64,000 bases of DNA from Monocercomonoides exilis PA203 (taxonomy: Eukaryota; Protista; Preaxostyla). Location: assembly GCA_001643675.2 (NCBI GenBank), contig LSRY02000004.1, positions 1,550,001 through 1,614,000 of the forward strand. The letters are read 5' to 3'. Each line of letters opens with the position of its first letter. Position 1 is the first letter of the stretch. Made by a program: the position numbers and the translations under genes. Shown piece by piece: positions 37,252-49,100 of the stretch. A model generated the notes under the pieces. The model was not told where the DNA came from. It worked only from the letters and a program-made list of their open reading frames with translations, and did not search any database.

Positions 37252-37645
37252 ATGGAAAATGAAGAAGCAATTGCGAGAGGAGCGGAGAGAGCATACGAAA
37301 ATGAAAGTGCGCTTCTTCTTGAAAAATCAAAACGAAGGGTGCAAGAAGAAATTGGAAAACTTGCTAATTCGTTAAAAACTTTTATATTGGTATAATATGA
37401 AAAAGAATTTACTGATTTTTTATTTTATTTATATGCAATATTTATTAGGATCGCTCTCAAACATGGTCTCAACAATTGAAAAAGGACATTGATGAGATTT
37501 TTGAAAAAGAAAATTCCCTTTTATTTCAAGAATTTGAAAAAGAAGTTTGTAAGTTAAAGCTGATTTGCAATATATATTTAATTATCACTAGACTGAAAAT
37601 GTATTTTGTTACGTCGATGATCACAAAGATATTAAAGAACAGTGA
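37252..37645 (+). CDS. Small 3-exon, ~95-aa charged helical protein
   Basis: Exons 37252-37389, 37449-37544 and 37592-37645 join through phase-0 GT-AG introns into one open frame: MENEEAIARGAERAYE...KTFIL|DRSQTWSQQL...FEKE|TENVFCYVDDHKDIKEQ*. Confidence 0.55.
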
Positions 37646-38227
37646 ATGTTCCTCATTTTTGTTAGGAATGCTTAAGAAGTTAATACGAGCACGATCCATT
37701 TGAATAGCAGGAGAGAGCATTAATATCGAAGTTAGTTGATTTCGCATGAATATATAATCATAATCTTCGAAGTTTGTATTGTTAAAAGCTCTTCGCATGC
37801 CGTTGGTTAATGAACAAAGATGAGCTCCTTCGTTTTGAATTCAAAAGATCATAAATTAAAAAATTATGCTGCTGACGATGAATACACGCTGAATTCTAAT
37901 TCTGTTCTGTTTTACAACCAAAAACGATTAAAGATGATAAAGTTAAAATTTTTGAATAAATGATAATTTCTGCAGTAGAAATTTCTTTTTCTGCGTTTTT
38001 ATAAAACTTTGATTTTGAATTTGATGAACAATTCGATTTTAATGCTTTTATCTCAACAATTAATTCGAAGGCTTACAATTTTCACAACATATTTTTTTAA
38101 GTGAAAAAATGAAAATTTAGAATTTTTAAAGGTATTTGATCAATATATGATTTTGTTTTTTTTTAATTAGAAGTGTTGTCAAAAAAAGAATATTCATTTA
38201 TTTATCAAAATAAAATTTTCATTTTTG

Positions 38228-39691
38228 ATGGCACACGAAAGTCATGGGACAATTTCACAAAATACAGAAATGGAAGTTAAAGAATCTCAAAAAGAGTTAT
38301 CTCTTTCTCATTTAAACATAACGCAACACGTAGAACATAAAGAACCACTTATTACATACGTAGATGGAGAAATGAAATTTGTTTGCCCTTATGAAGGCTG
38401 TACAAGCTCATTTACAAAAAAATATTCATATAAAATTCACGAGTTGCATCATACGCATGAGAGGCCACATGTTTGTCCTTTCAAAAATTGCCACAAAGCA
38501 TACACGCAAAGGTATTATTTAAAACTTCACATTGCTTCAAAGCATAAAAATGCAAAGAAACAAAATCTTGATGAAAAAGAGAGAAATGAAAATGATGAAT
38601 TTTCTGAAGATGACGAAAATGATTATTTTTCTGATGAAGAAGTTGAAAGTACAACCCAAATTAACGATATGGAAGAAGAAGAAGAAAAAGAAGAAGAAGA
38701 TCCAACCAAGCAAGATCAAACTTCTACTCATCGTCAAAGAAAAAGGATTGAGTCACACAAATTGTGCGAAGAGGATCAGCTTACGTCATCGCTGATATAC
38801 ACAGCAACAACAACGTTCCCATTCCATTCTTTTGTATATGGACCTCGCACAGATACACCAATTATAAAATCACAGCCAACTTTTTTTCATGCTCATTATG
38901 GAATTTACAGCAATATTTCTACGAAACATTTTATGGGATCAATGAAAAAGCAAAAGATTAGTAGGCAAAACGAGTTAAATTGCAAAGGAGTATTATTTGA
39001 TGATGATAACGAAAAGTTAATTTTTCAAAAAGAAATGCAAAAGCAGCGTCAACAATTTCTTTCTTCAAGAGAATTGCATTTTACACCCATTGACAATGAA
39101 TTCGATTGCCAGACTAATTCAAATAATGATAATAGGCTTTCATCTTCACAAGGTTTTTCTAGAGAAGCTGCAAAATTGTGCGAATTTGAACCTTCGCAAG
39201 GTTCATCTCTTCCTCATAACTCAATTGAAGCAGATTTTATTCTAAAGCCTCCTTCCCAGGTGGATATCTTGAAAAAAGACGTTGAAACTTTTGACAAGAA
39301 AGCAAGTGAACAGCCTGAAATAAAAGATGAATCTGCTCCACCAATGGACATCAGCACCTTTCAGAGCGGTTTGCATACAGATTTGTGCAATTCGTTTTTC
39401 TCTGCATACGATGATTTAAGAAGTGTTCAAGCAGAACTCGAACAACTTTCGCATAAACACTGCAATTCATTGCAAGATCTGAAGCAGACCCTTCTTTCTC
39501 TTCAGAATTCAATGAATCAATTTACCGATATCTATCGCATTTCTGATCTTAGAAAGCAAAGTGATGATTTGCCAAGTTCATTGTGCTTGGAAACTTCTCC
39601 GCTTAATCATAATATTTCACTTGAATCTTTGTCTATTCCAGCTGTGCATGAGACAGCCTCAACAAACTTCAATACAAAAGCTATCACTTGA
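38228..39691 (+). CDS. C2H2 zinc-finger protein (two tandem fingers, acidic tract, C-terminal coiled coil); likely transcription factor
   Basis: CPYEGCTSSFTKKYSYKIHELHH-THERPH-VCPFKNCHKAYTQRYYLKLHIASKH, with a TGEKP-like linker. Confidence 0.9.
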   Translation: MAHESHGTISQNTEMEVKESQKELSLSHLNITQHVEHKEPLITYVDGEMKFVCPYEGCTSSFTKKYSYKIHELHHTHERPHVCPFKNCHKAYTQRYYLKLHIASKHKNAKKQNLDEKERNENDEFSEDDENDYFSDEEVESTTQINDMEEEEEKEEEDPTKQDQTSTHRQRKRIESHKLCEEDQLTSSLIYTATTTFPFHSFVYGPRTDTPIIKSQPTFFHAHYGIYSNISTKHFMGSMKKQKISRQNELNCKGVLFDDDNEKLIFQKEMQKQRQQFLSSRELHFTPIDNEFDCQTNSNNDNRLSSSQGFSREAAKLCEFEPSQGSSLPHNSIEADFILKPPSQVDILKKDVETFDKKASEQPEIKDESAPPMDISTFQSGLHTDLCNSFFSAYDDLRSVQAELEQLSHKHCNSLQDLKQTLLSLQNSMNQFTDIYRISDLRKQSDDLPSSLCLETSPLNHNISLESLSIPAVHETASTNFNTKAIT

Positions 39692-40169
39692 AATATTATC
39701 GACAAAATTTTGTCATTTATCTTTAATTTCAGAAAGATCAATCTAATTATGATCAAAATAAACAAACATCATTGTTCGAGGCTAATTCAAGGGCAATATG
39801 TATTTTATGAACTTTTCGTCGTGTCAGATGCGAAGCAACTTGGACGAGAGTTGCTAGTTTGCGTTCAGCAATGCTTAATAATTAATTTTTGTGAAAATGT
39901 TACATATTTCAAACCATTTTCTGAATAAGATTTTTGATTGAATGAATGAAACTTTGTAAACAAACGTGAATCTTTTTTGTTTCATAAAAAAACTATCCCT
40001 TGTTACAGATTCTTTTTATTTTTTTTTTGATCATTTCTTTTTCGATAAAAATAAAGGATAACAATAATTAAAAAGAAAGAATGGGGAAATGCTTTTTGAA
40101 AAGACTGAAATGAACAACAAATAAAAAAAATAGATACAATTGAAAAATTATTCTTTTCATGATTAAAAA

Positions 40170-43100
40170 TTAAACTGAAGGGGATCTTAATTGAGGAAGT
40201 CCATAATAACACAATCCAATGCAACTCCTTCCTGCAATAAGAGAAGGATCTTCTTCTCCATTTCCTTCGGCATCATTCAACTTCTGTTCAGTCGCACTCA
40301 GCCTCACTGAAGATTGAAGAATGCTTTCGCTCACACTCAATCCTTTTGGAAGAGACTCAGCAATGTCACTCACAGCGCTAATTGCAGCATCGCTTGTTGA
40401 ACCAAATAGATTGACACCAACGCCAACAACTCCACATAGAGAAAGAATTGCTGCTGTAAGACCACATCCTCCGCTGCCAAATGCCTTTAATCCAGTCCAT
40501 CCAGTTAAAGAGTCTTCTTCTTCTGTCCCGTTAGCATTACTTTCACCTCCTGTTTTTTCCTCGCTTTTTGCGTTGCGAGCACCATTTTCTCTTTCTCTGC
40601 TGCTTCGCTTGTGCAAAGTGCTTCTTGTTTCAGCGCCTCCCACACACATCACAAACTGCGGACCAAAGAAACCTGCTGAAAGAAGCGTGGGAAGAGGAAG
40701 ATAATCGAACAGCTGGCCTGTCAGTGCAAAAGCGACATTTGGAGATGATCTGCTCAGCTCCAACATGGCAGATGGTGTAATTGGAGGAAGAACCGTTCGA
40801 GTGGAAGCAGTCGCCGAATTAGCTACCGATGATGCAGAAGTTGATGGAGTTGGTGCAGCTTTAGACGAAGAAGGCTCAGAAGGAATTGATTGCGAAGAAG
40901 CAGAAGTTGCTCGTCTGCTTCTAGCACTTGAGGTCGGACGCCTTTTTGGTGAAGAAGCACGACGAAGAGGAGACTTTGAGGGACTTCTGGAAACAGAAGC
41001 AGCTTGTTCTTCAACAGAAACAGATTGCGCTGATGGATCCGACAATGACGATGCAGGAATCAAATGCGGCGGAAGAGCTCCAAGCATCTTTTGAATGGTG
41101 TATGGAGTGATTATTCGCACGGAATCTTTCTTTGCTCGCCCTGAATCAACAACTCCAAAGACCATATCCTGCAGAACAACTCTTCTTCTAAGCCTCTTCT
41201 CCATAATAAGGGTATTAGCTCCTTCAGCTTCAAAGATGCTTCGCTTATTCAGAACATACATTTGTCTTGGATTTCGTCGTTTGGACACAAGTTCCTCTCC
41301 TTCTTCATCTTCGATGCTTATACCCTTTCCATCAAGCAATCCCATTCGGCTTCTCCATCCCTTTTCTGCTTCTTCGCCATTCAAACCGCTTCCGCTTGGA
41401 GATGCATCTGTACCACCTTTCCCTTTCTTTTCCTCTTTCTTTGTACCTTCTTCATTTGTTGTTTTTGTTCCTTTTGTTCTCTCTTTGCTTCGTCCTCGTT
41501 CTTTTTCTTTCTCCAAATCTCTTGTGCTTTCAAATTCATTCGCACTCGACATTCCATCCAAATTGCTGTTCTGCCTTCTGAAAAGAGAAGACACAAGCAA
41601 CTTTCTCTCTTCGCCACCTCCTTCTCCTCGCACAATATTTCCTCCTTCACCAAATCTGCTGCTTCCCATGTCTTCATCATGAGGGTCAACAATAACTGTA
41701 AGTTTTGGTCGAATCGATTGCAAATCGGAAGATGTCGAAGAAGATTGTGCAGCAGCAACAGCAGATGCAGAAATAAGTGAATGAATGCCTGATGACCACA
41801 AGCGATGCCTGTGATATCCAAGATGATAAGAAAATTCACGGCAGATGCAGCTGATTGAAGAAACCCAGCGAGCTTCATTTACAACCGGAGAAGCATATGA
41901 GACCGAAGATTTTGATCGTGAGGTTAATTGTGTGCGACTCAATGATCGAGATGTGAGAGATTCGATTGAAGGAGATGAAGAAAGCGATGAAGAAGACGGA
42001 ACAGCTTTCTTCACCAAAACAGGATTTAGTGCAGACAACGATTCAAACGGTAGTGAATGGAATATCAGATCTGCTGATATCACAACTGGACGAGGATAAT
42101 CAGGAGAAATCAGTCCAGATATGCATTTCCCTACGAGATCTCCAATCAATCCATCCATTTTCCTGAGGAGATTGTTGTATGTTCTCATCATTTCTCGTTC
42201 TTTTGACATTTGCTTTCGGATCTCTCTGACTGACGGCATCACAGATCCTCCATCAATCTCTTCGCCCATCATCAGATTTCCTCTTGTCTCGCTTCTTCCT
42301 CTCTTCTCGTCACTGCTTCTCTCATTCTTCAGTACTTCTTCATGTAACGCCACCAAAAGCATCTGTCGTTCGCGGTTCCACTCGCCAAACTCCTTTTTCA
42401 GCATCATTAGCTCTCTCAGTGGAATGCATTTCTTTTTGATGCGTACATCGAGGAAAATGTGGTTCAGAGGCAGTGAAGGAGGAGGAAGTGCGACTGGCAA
42501 TGGAAGTTTCTCAAACACAGCTTGTGCAGGCGGCTTCGGCTTTGTTTGCATAATTTCTGCTAATTCCTCGTCCATTTGTTCGCTTTCTTCTCCAGTAAGA
42601 GAATTGTCAGATGACAAAGCTGTAATTGACTTTGATTTTTCTTTTGAAAGACGTGAGGATGTTGTTGGCCGCTCTTTTCCTTTTGTTTTTGAAAGGTCTC
42701 TCTTTGATTCATCTGTATCTTCTTTCAGTGATTTTTGAGATGCTTTCAGTTTTGGTGTGTTTGAAGCAGATCCGATGCGCTCTTTCCTTTCTGAACTCTT
42801 TCCACGCTTTTTCGGAGTTTTACTTAAATCTCCATCTGCATCATCTGCTTTCATCTGGTCATCGTCAGCAGAAGCAATGTGCTTCAGCTGAGGTGGCGGA
42901 GGAGGTGGAGTGAATGGCAAGGGAGAAGCAACTGAGGCGCAAATCAGTTGGCTTTCCTTCTCATCAAAGGAAAGAAGAAGAAGGATTGTTTGTTGCGGAT
43001 AGACCGACATTATGTCTGTGATTGAGATATTCTTCATCGATAGTAGCATCTCAGCAAACGATGTTCCCAATGGATTGGATTCATTCATAAGCAATGCATT

Positions 43101-46100
43101 GAGATAAGATTGTTCAAGTGGAGCTGTGCCTGGTCGAGGAGGAGGAGCAGAAACAGAACATGGAAGAGTGGATAACTGAGCTCCACTCATCTTTGCATTT
43201 TCATCTGCTCCTGTGTCTTTCTTTCCTTTCTTTGCATCTTTCTTTTCCTTTGGATCACTTTCTTGGTCAGATCCACCTTTCTGTAAGTTAGCTGAGTCTC
43301 CAATGTCTGTGCCAACGGATGCAATCGATAGCTTTTCTTGTCCAGCAGACGAAATGCCAAGCCAACGCCTGAGCCGATCTTGAGAGATGCTTCCGATACC
43401 GCCTGGTCCTTTCATTATATTGGATCCGACGCTGCAGAAGGGAGATGAGGAGGATGAAGGAAGTGAAGAGAGAGAAGGCGAAAGTGCAAGTGATGAAAGG
43501 GAAGGTGAAGTGCAGAGAGACAGTGAAAGAGAAGACGGAGCAAGAGAAGAGCCAGAGACTGCAGATGCAAAAGAGGATACAGGTACAGGGCACAATGGAG
43601 AAAACGATGCATCACACAAAGAGCTCTCGGATGCAAGATCGCCAAGAATCGCTTGTTTGAATGCAAGTGTTTGTTTGATCATCAAAGATTCAACAAGCAA
43701 TAATCGCTGAACAGTTAGAGATAATCCTCCTCCAATTACACCACTTATTGTTTGAAGCATATTAACCACTTGTGCAAATGGAGATCGACGATGGAGTTTA
43801 TTCGCGAACGGTGCATTCTGACTGGACGAAGGCTCCTCAAATTCAGAAGAAGAGAGAACTGTTACTGGCAGCTTTGATCTCAAATTAAGACCAGATTCGC
43901 GCGATGAATCAGAAACATCACAAAGTACACTTTGAGCAGAGTTTGGTCTTTTAGATGTGAGCGGTGAAGAGTGGCTGTCAACAGTCATAACAGATTCAAC
44001 CTCATTTTCAGAATCATCATCTGCATTCATCTGATTCTGCCTTTCTTTCAAAGCTTTGATCGCATTGAACATTTCCTCCGCTTCTGAAAGTGGAGCAATA
44101 TGAACTGGAGAAAATGAAGGAGCTGTGATTGATGGGTAGTTTGTGGTTGGTAGAGGAATATTCAGAATCTGCTCAATGTTTGGCGTTGGAGGAATGTCTT
44201 TAAATACATCTGCTTCTTCTCTGTCCGCATTTCGTTGTGTCTCATTCACTTCAGTGTAAGTCGTATATGTAGTGTAATGTGAACTCCTCAGTTTCCTTTC
44301 TGCTTCTGAAGCATTCTGCGAGGCATTGAAAGATTCGTTCCGAGAGAACGCTGAGCCGACACGTTTCGGCTTTGGAGAAAGCTGCTCAGGCTGCTTAAAA
44401 CTCTCGTCTGTTGCATTTTCTTTGTTTGCGCCTTCTTCTTGTGCCTGAAGCTGCTGTTGCAATCTCCTCTGCCTTTCTTCTTCTCTTTGCATTCGCCTCA
44501 ACTTCTTTTGTTCGTAACGCTTCACTTTCGCCTCAAATCTTTGCATTTTTCTTTCGTATTCCATTTCTCTCTGTCGCTGCTTATCAACAAGATACTGTGG
44601 AGCTACAAAGAATTTGTCCTTCTGCTTCACCATTGATAGAGACAGTCTGAACAACACATCGCTATGGTGTGGAAGATGGAGTGATGCACTCAATAAAAGA
44701 TTCGTCCCCTTCATCGATCCAACAGCTGATAATCTGTTAACAAGTGGAGTTGATTTGGAGATGTTTGACAATTGTGACTGTGATGCTGCCATTGAAGAGA
44801 AGTGAGAAGATGCCTTGTTGTGTTGCATTGTTATCATCATTCGCAAAGTGCTTGTTTTCTCTGCAGGATGATATTTGCCTTCTTTTTCATTCCTCTTTCT
44901 TTTCATTCCAGATAGTTTCACACGAGTCAATGGTGCATATGCTGCAAGAAAAGCGCCAAGCCATGGAGCGAAAAGCCAAGAAGGCATTGGACTTGACACA
45001 GGAACTGCAGAAAGAGAGGTGGAAGGAGTGAGATAAGGAGGATGTGTAAAAGCAGATGAAAGTGATTCAGATGAGAAGAGTGAAGTGGAAAGGAGCTGTG
45101 GTGGTGGAAGTGTAGATTTTGAATTGAATGCTGATAGAGTTGAGGAAGAAGCTGAAGTGGTTGGAGATGAAATGAAATAGGAATGGAGAAGTGATAAAAG
45201 AGGAGAAGTTGAGGAGAAATAGAAGTTCACTGTGAGTTTTGATTGATGAGGAGGTTTAACCTGAAGTGGAAGTGTTTCAAGTGCCATCAATTCTTCGTTA
45301 GTCATCTCTTTGTCTTCATCTGTTCCTTTTGCACCTTTCTTGTCATCGTCTTTCTTTCCTCCTTTTGTAGCTTTCTTTTTAGAAGCTTCACTGCCAGATG
45401 AGGGTCGCTCTTTCTCTGTTGTTTTCTCCGCATTAGCTTCGTTTGCGACACCTCCTTCGATTTCTCCTGTTTGGAGATTTAGCGGCTGAGTGGGTGGAGG
45501 CAGAGGAACAGGAATGCTGTTGGCAATAACAGCAGGAGAAGGAGGAGCTGCGTCAACTGATGATTTTGTTGGAGTCAAAGCCAGAATATTTCGCAGACCG
45601 CCAATAAGTCCAATGAATTGATTTGCAGCTGTAGGTGTTGATTCTGAAGCTAAGGAATCTTCTGTTGCATTTGCTCGGGGAGCAAACGATGGTGTAAGAA
45701 GTGTTCCAAGATATGAAGCTCCTTCTCGTTCGATTTCTTCACATTTCTTTACGTACATTTCGTGATATGTCTGCATTAAATCTTCTTCAACTGCTTCCTC
45801 TTTCGCAGCATCTGCTTCGGCATCTGCTTCTTCTTTTCCTTTCCTTCCACTGCTCTTACGTTTCTTCACTTCTTCTTTCTCTTCTTTCGCTTTTCCTTTA
45901 CCTTTTCCTTTCTTATCAGCTGCATCTGCATTTTCTTCACTTTCTTCCTTTGCCTTTTTGATGGCTTCTCTCTCCTTCACCAATGCTGGGTCTGCTGTGA
46001 GAAGGAGGAACGTGTCAGCAAAAGCATCATTGATAAACGAACGAAGAGAAGAGCAGCTTTCTTCACTGGGAAGCAATACAGAATTTTGAAGTGGAGTCAA

Positions 46101-49100
46101 GTTGGATGGAAGAAGTGATTCAGGTTGAGAAGATGAAGAAGAAGCAGAAGAAGAAGCAGAGGAAGTGTTGTTACTCTGATCAATTAAGGAAGATGTTTGA
46201 CCGGTTTGAAGAAGAGGAAAGTCAGCAACTGGATCTGATGGCTGCTTAAATGGAGCAAGTTCGATTTGCTCAGAACTATTTGGAGCAACGTCATTTTCAG
46301 CAACTTGAGCGAGTGAGGCTGTGCTGGAATTCTCAACAGTTGAAGAGTCTGCTGCATTTGATTTTGTCTGTGTTACGAAAGAGGACTTACTCAAAGATTC
46401 CGAAGACAAAGCAGCATTCTCTTGCATTTTATTCTTTTGCTCTTCGCTTTCTCCATCAAGTGATGTTGGAGAGATGCTGAGTGCAGTTGACTGGAGTGGC
46501 TGTGAGCGCAGAAGCGGCGGCGGAACAAACGGGAGCAAAAGTCCATTCCGCTCGTTCCAATCAAGAAACTCTGCCATGAGTGTTGCGCAGAACATGAGAA
46601 GATCTGTTTCTGAGTGATCGAAAGAGGCACAGACTGCTTCAGAAAGATTTGACATGAGCATCTTAAACTGTTCAGATGGGAACGAAGACGGAAGAGCAAA
46701 AGGAACCAGAGTGTATCTTGGGAATGACGGAACAAGGGATGAAGGCAAGGGCTCTGTCAAGAAAGGTGATGGAGGTAGTTTTGGATGATCTGAATTTTCA
46801 TCATTGATCTCATCGTCCAAAAGATCATCCAGTGAATCTTCTTCAGAATCAATGTCTGTTTCATTGCCCAGCTCGTTTAGCAGATTTGAACTTCCTTTGC
46901 CTGCTTTTGAAAGCCCAGACTGTTTCATTTCTGCTGTTGACGATCCCTTTTTCAGCGGCTTGGTTGAATCTGGCCGTTTTTTCGTCTTCTTTGCATCGTC
47001 TTTGGCTTGTGATGCCTCTTTTCCTTTATCCTTCCCTTTCCCTTTCTCTTTCTTTGTTGCTTCTTTCTCTGCTTCTTCCTCAGCGATTCGGCGAGCTTCA
47101 TCCAATTCTTGTGCTTTCTGCCAAATTCTCCTCTTCTCTTCGTCTTTTGCAGCATAATAAAATGCTTGACACACATCATTCCACGCTTTCTGTCTTTGAA
47201 TATATGTGTTTTTAACCAACGAAGGTGTTTTCATTCTGGATGTGCGGTTTTGTGCTCGCTGAATGAAGTAAGCGATATGAGATTGGAATCGCTTCAACTG
47301 AAGAGTTGACTCGTATGTTGAAGGCGACGAATGAGAGGACTGAGAAACAGCGATTTGTTTGGGGATTGAAAGGGATTCGAATTCTCTTTGAGTGACAAAT
47401 AGAGAAACAGCTGCTGAAATGAATGAAGAAAACGCAACAAGACGTGGCTGCTGCTTTGAAAGGTTCAAAGCAGAGTTGCATAAATGAAGTGCTTCAGTTG
47501 CAACAGAAATAACAGCATCGAGTTCATCTTGTGTGTAAGGAGTGGTAACAGATGGAAGCAAAAGTGCCTGGGAGAAAGGTGATGGTTGAGAGAATTGATG
47601 AGGAAGTAGTTGCGGTTGTGTGAAAGCTGATATTGCTGTGTTCTTTCCTGAAAAATCTCTCTCTCTTGCAGAAGTATCGTTCGTGTTGCTTTCATCGTCC
47701 AAATCTCTTCCTGCCTCTCTTAATCTTTTCCTCACCTCTTCTTCATCTTCACCATGTGCCAAGTATTCCTCCACAGCTGCAGAGTTCCGTCCAGCCACGT
47801 GTGGAAATGCAACACCTATCAGATCCGTGCTGTGATCATATTGTGGATGCCTAAAACGCTCCGGGAAGTACAGCGAGTCAAAGAATTGCGCATCAAACTG
47901 CGATTCAGAATCAGAAAAGGCGGAGGAAATAGCTGCAGAAGGAGGAGCTGTTGCGCTTTGTGGTTCTAAAGATGATGGCTCTTGTATGGACGGATCATCA
48001 GAAAGTGCATATGAGTTGCTTTGTTGTGCGAGAGGCTTCATTCTGACAGCTGGAATTTGAGAAGGTGCATTCAATTCTCTTTCTATCACTCTTCTATTTG
48101 CTTCTTCTTCTTGCTCGGCCTCTTCTACTGTCTGTGCATTCAAAAATTGCTCAATTACAGATGCGTCTCTTCCAGGTACTTTGGGGAAGTTGTGATATTC
48201 TTTGCGTTTTTGTTGCTTCGTGTTCAGTGGAGCATATGAAGCATCTGAGGTTCTTTGCCATCTTTCTTGTTCGTGTCTGTTTGGCTGAGACATTTCATCT
48301 GTCTGCCCCTGTTCTTCTCCAAATTGAGTTTGCCCTCTTTCTTCAGACTCCTCTGAGGCAGAAGGCGAATATCTCGCTGATTCTCCTCTGCTCAAATCAG
48401 TACTAGGCTGATTTTCAAAGCTTGGAGAAGGTACAAAATTATTTGTATCTCCAACTGTACTATCAAGATAAGTGTTCGAATTTCTTGAGTTTTGTGCAGA
48501 TTTCTGTATTTTTGATGAATATTTAATTGTTGCCATGATTGGATTAACGTGAATCATTGTATCATCCTCATCGTTATCTTCTTCATTTTGATCATCATTA
48601 TCTGTTGCGTTTCCTGTAGATTTTCCTTGTTGTTGTAAAGAAAAACCTCTTTCTCTCACTTCGTTTGGATTTACAGCAGTATCATTTCCTTCTTCTTCAA
48701 TGCTCTCTTCTGAAACAGCAGCATCGTCTTCTTCGCTGTTGTCTTCATCCACCTCTTCAACAACTGCACATCCCAAAACCGGCTCAACATCAACCACTTT
48801 TCTTCTTCCCAACTTCTCTCTCTCTGCTTTTGCCTTCTCCAGCATCAGCAGAGCACGAGCTAGCGAAATGCAAGTTGCCATGCCGCGTGCAGGAGATAGC
48901 TCTGTTTCAACTAATGTGGACAAAGTCACTGGATGAATTAAAGAGCCAGCTCTGTTGTAGAACGAAGAAGGAGAAACAACAATTGGGTTAACATTTGCTT
49001 TATTCATCATCGATGCAACGCCTTCACTTGAAACAGAAGCAGATAGAGACACATTTTGCTCTTTCTCATCTTTCCCTTTCTTTTGAGCTGTTGCTCTAGC

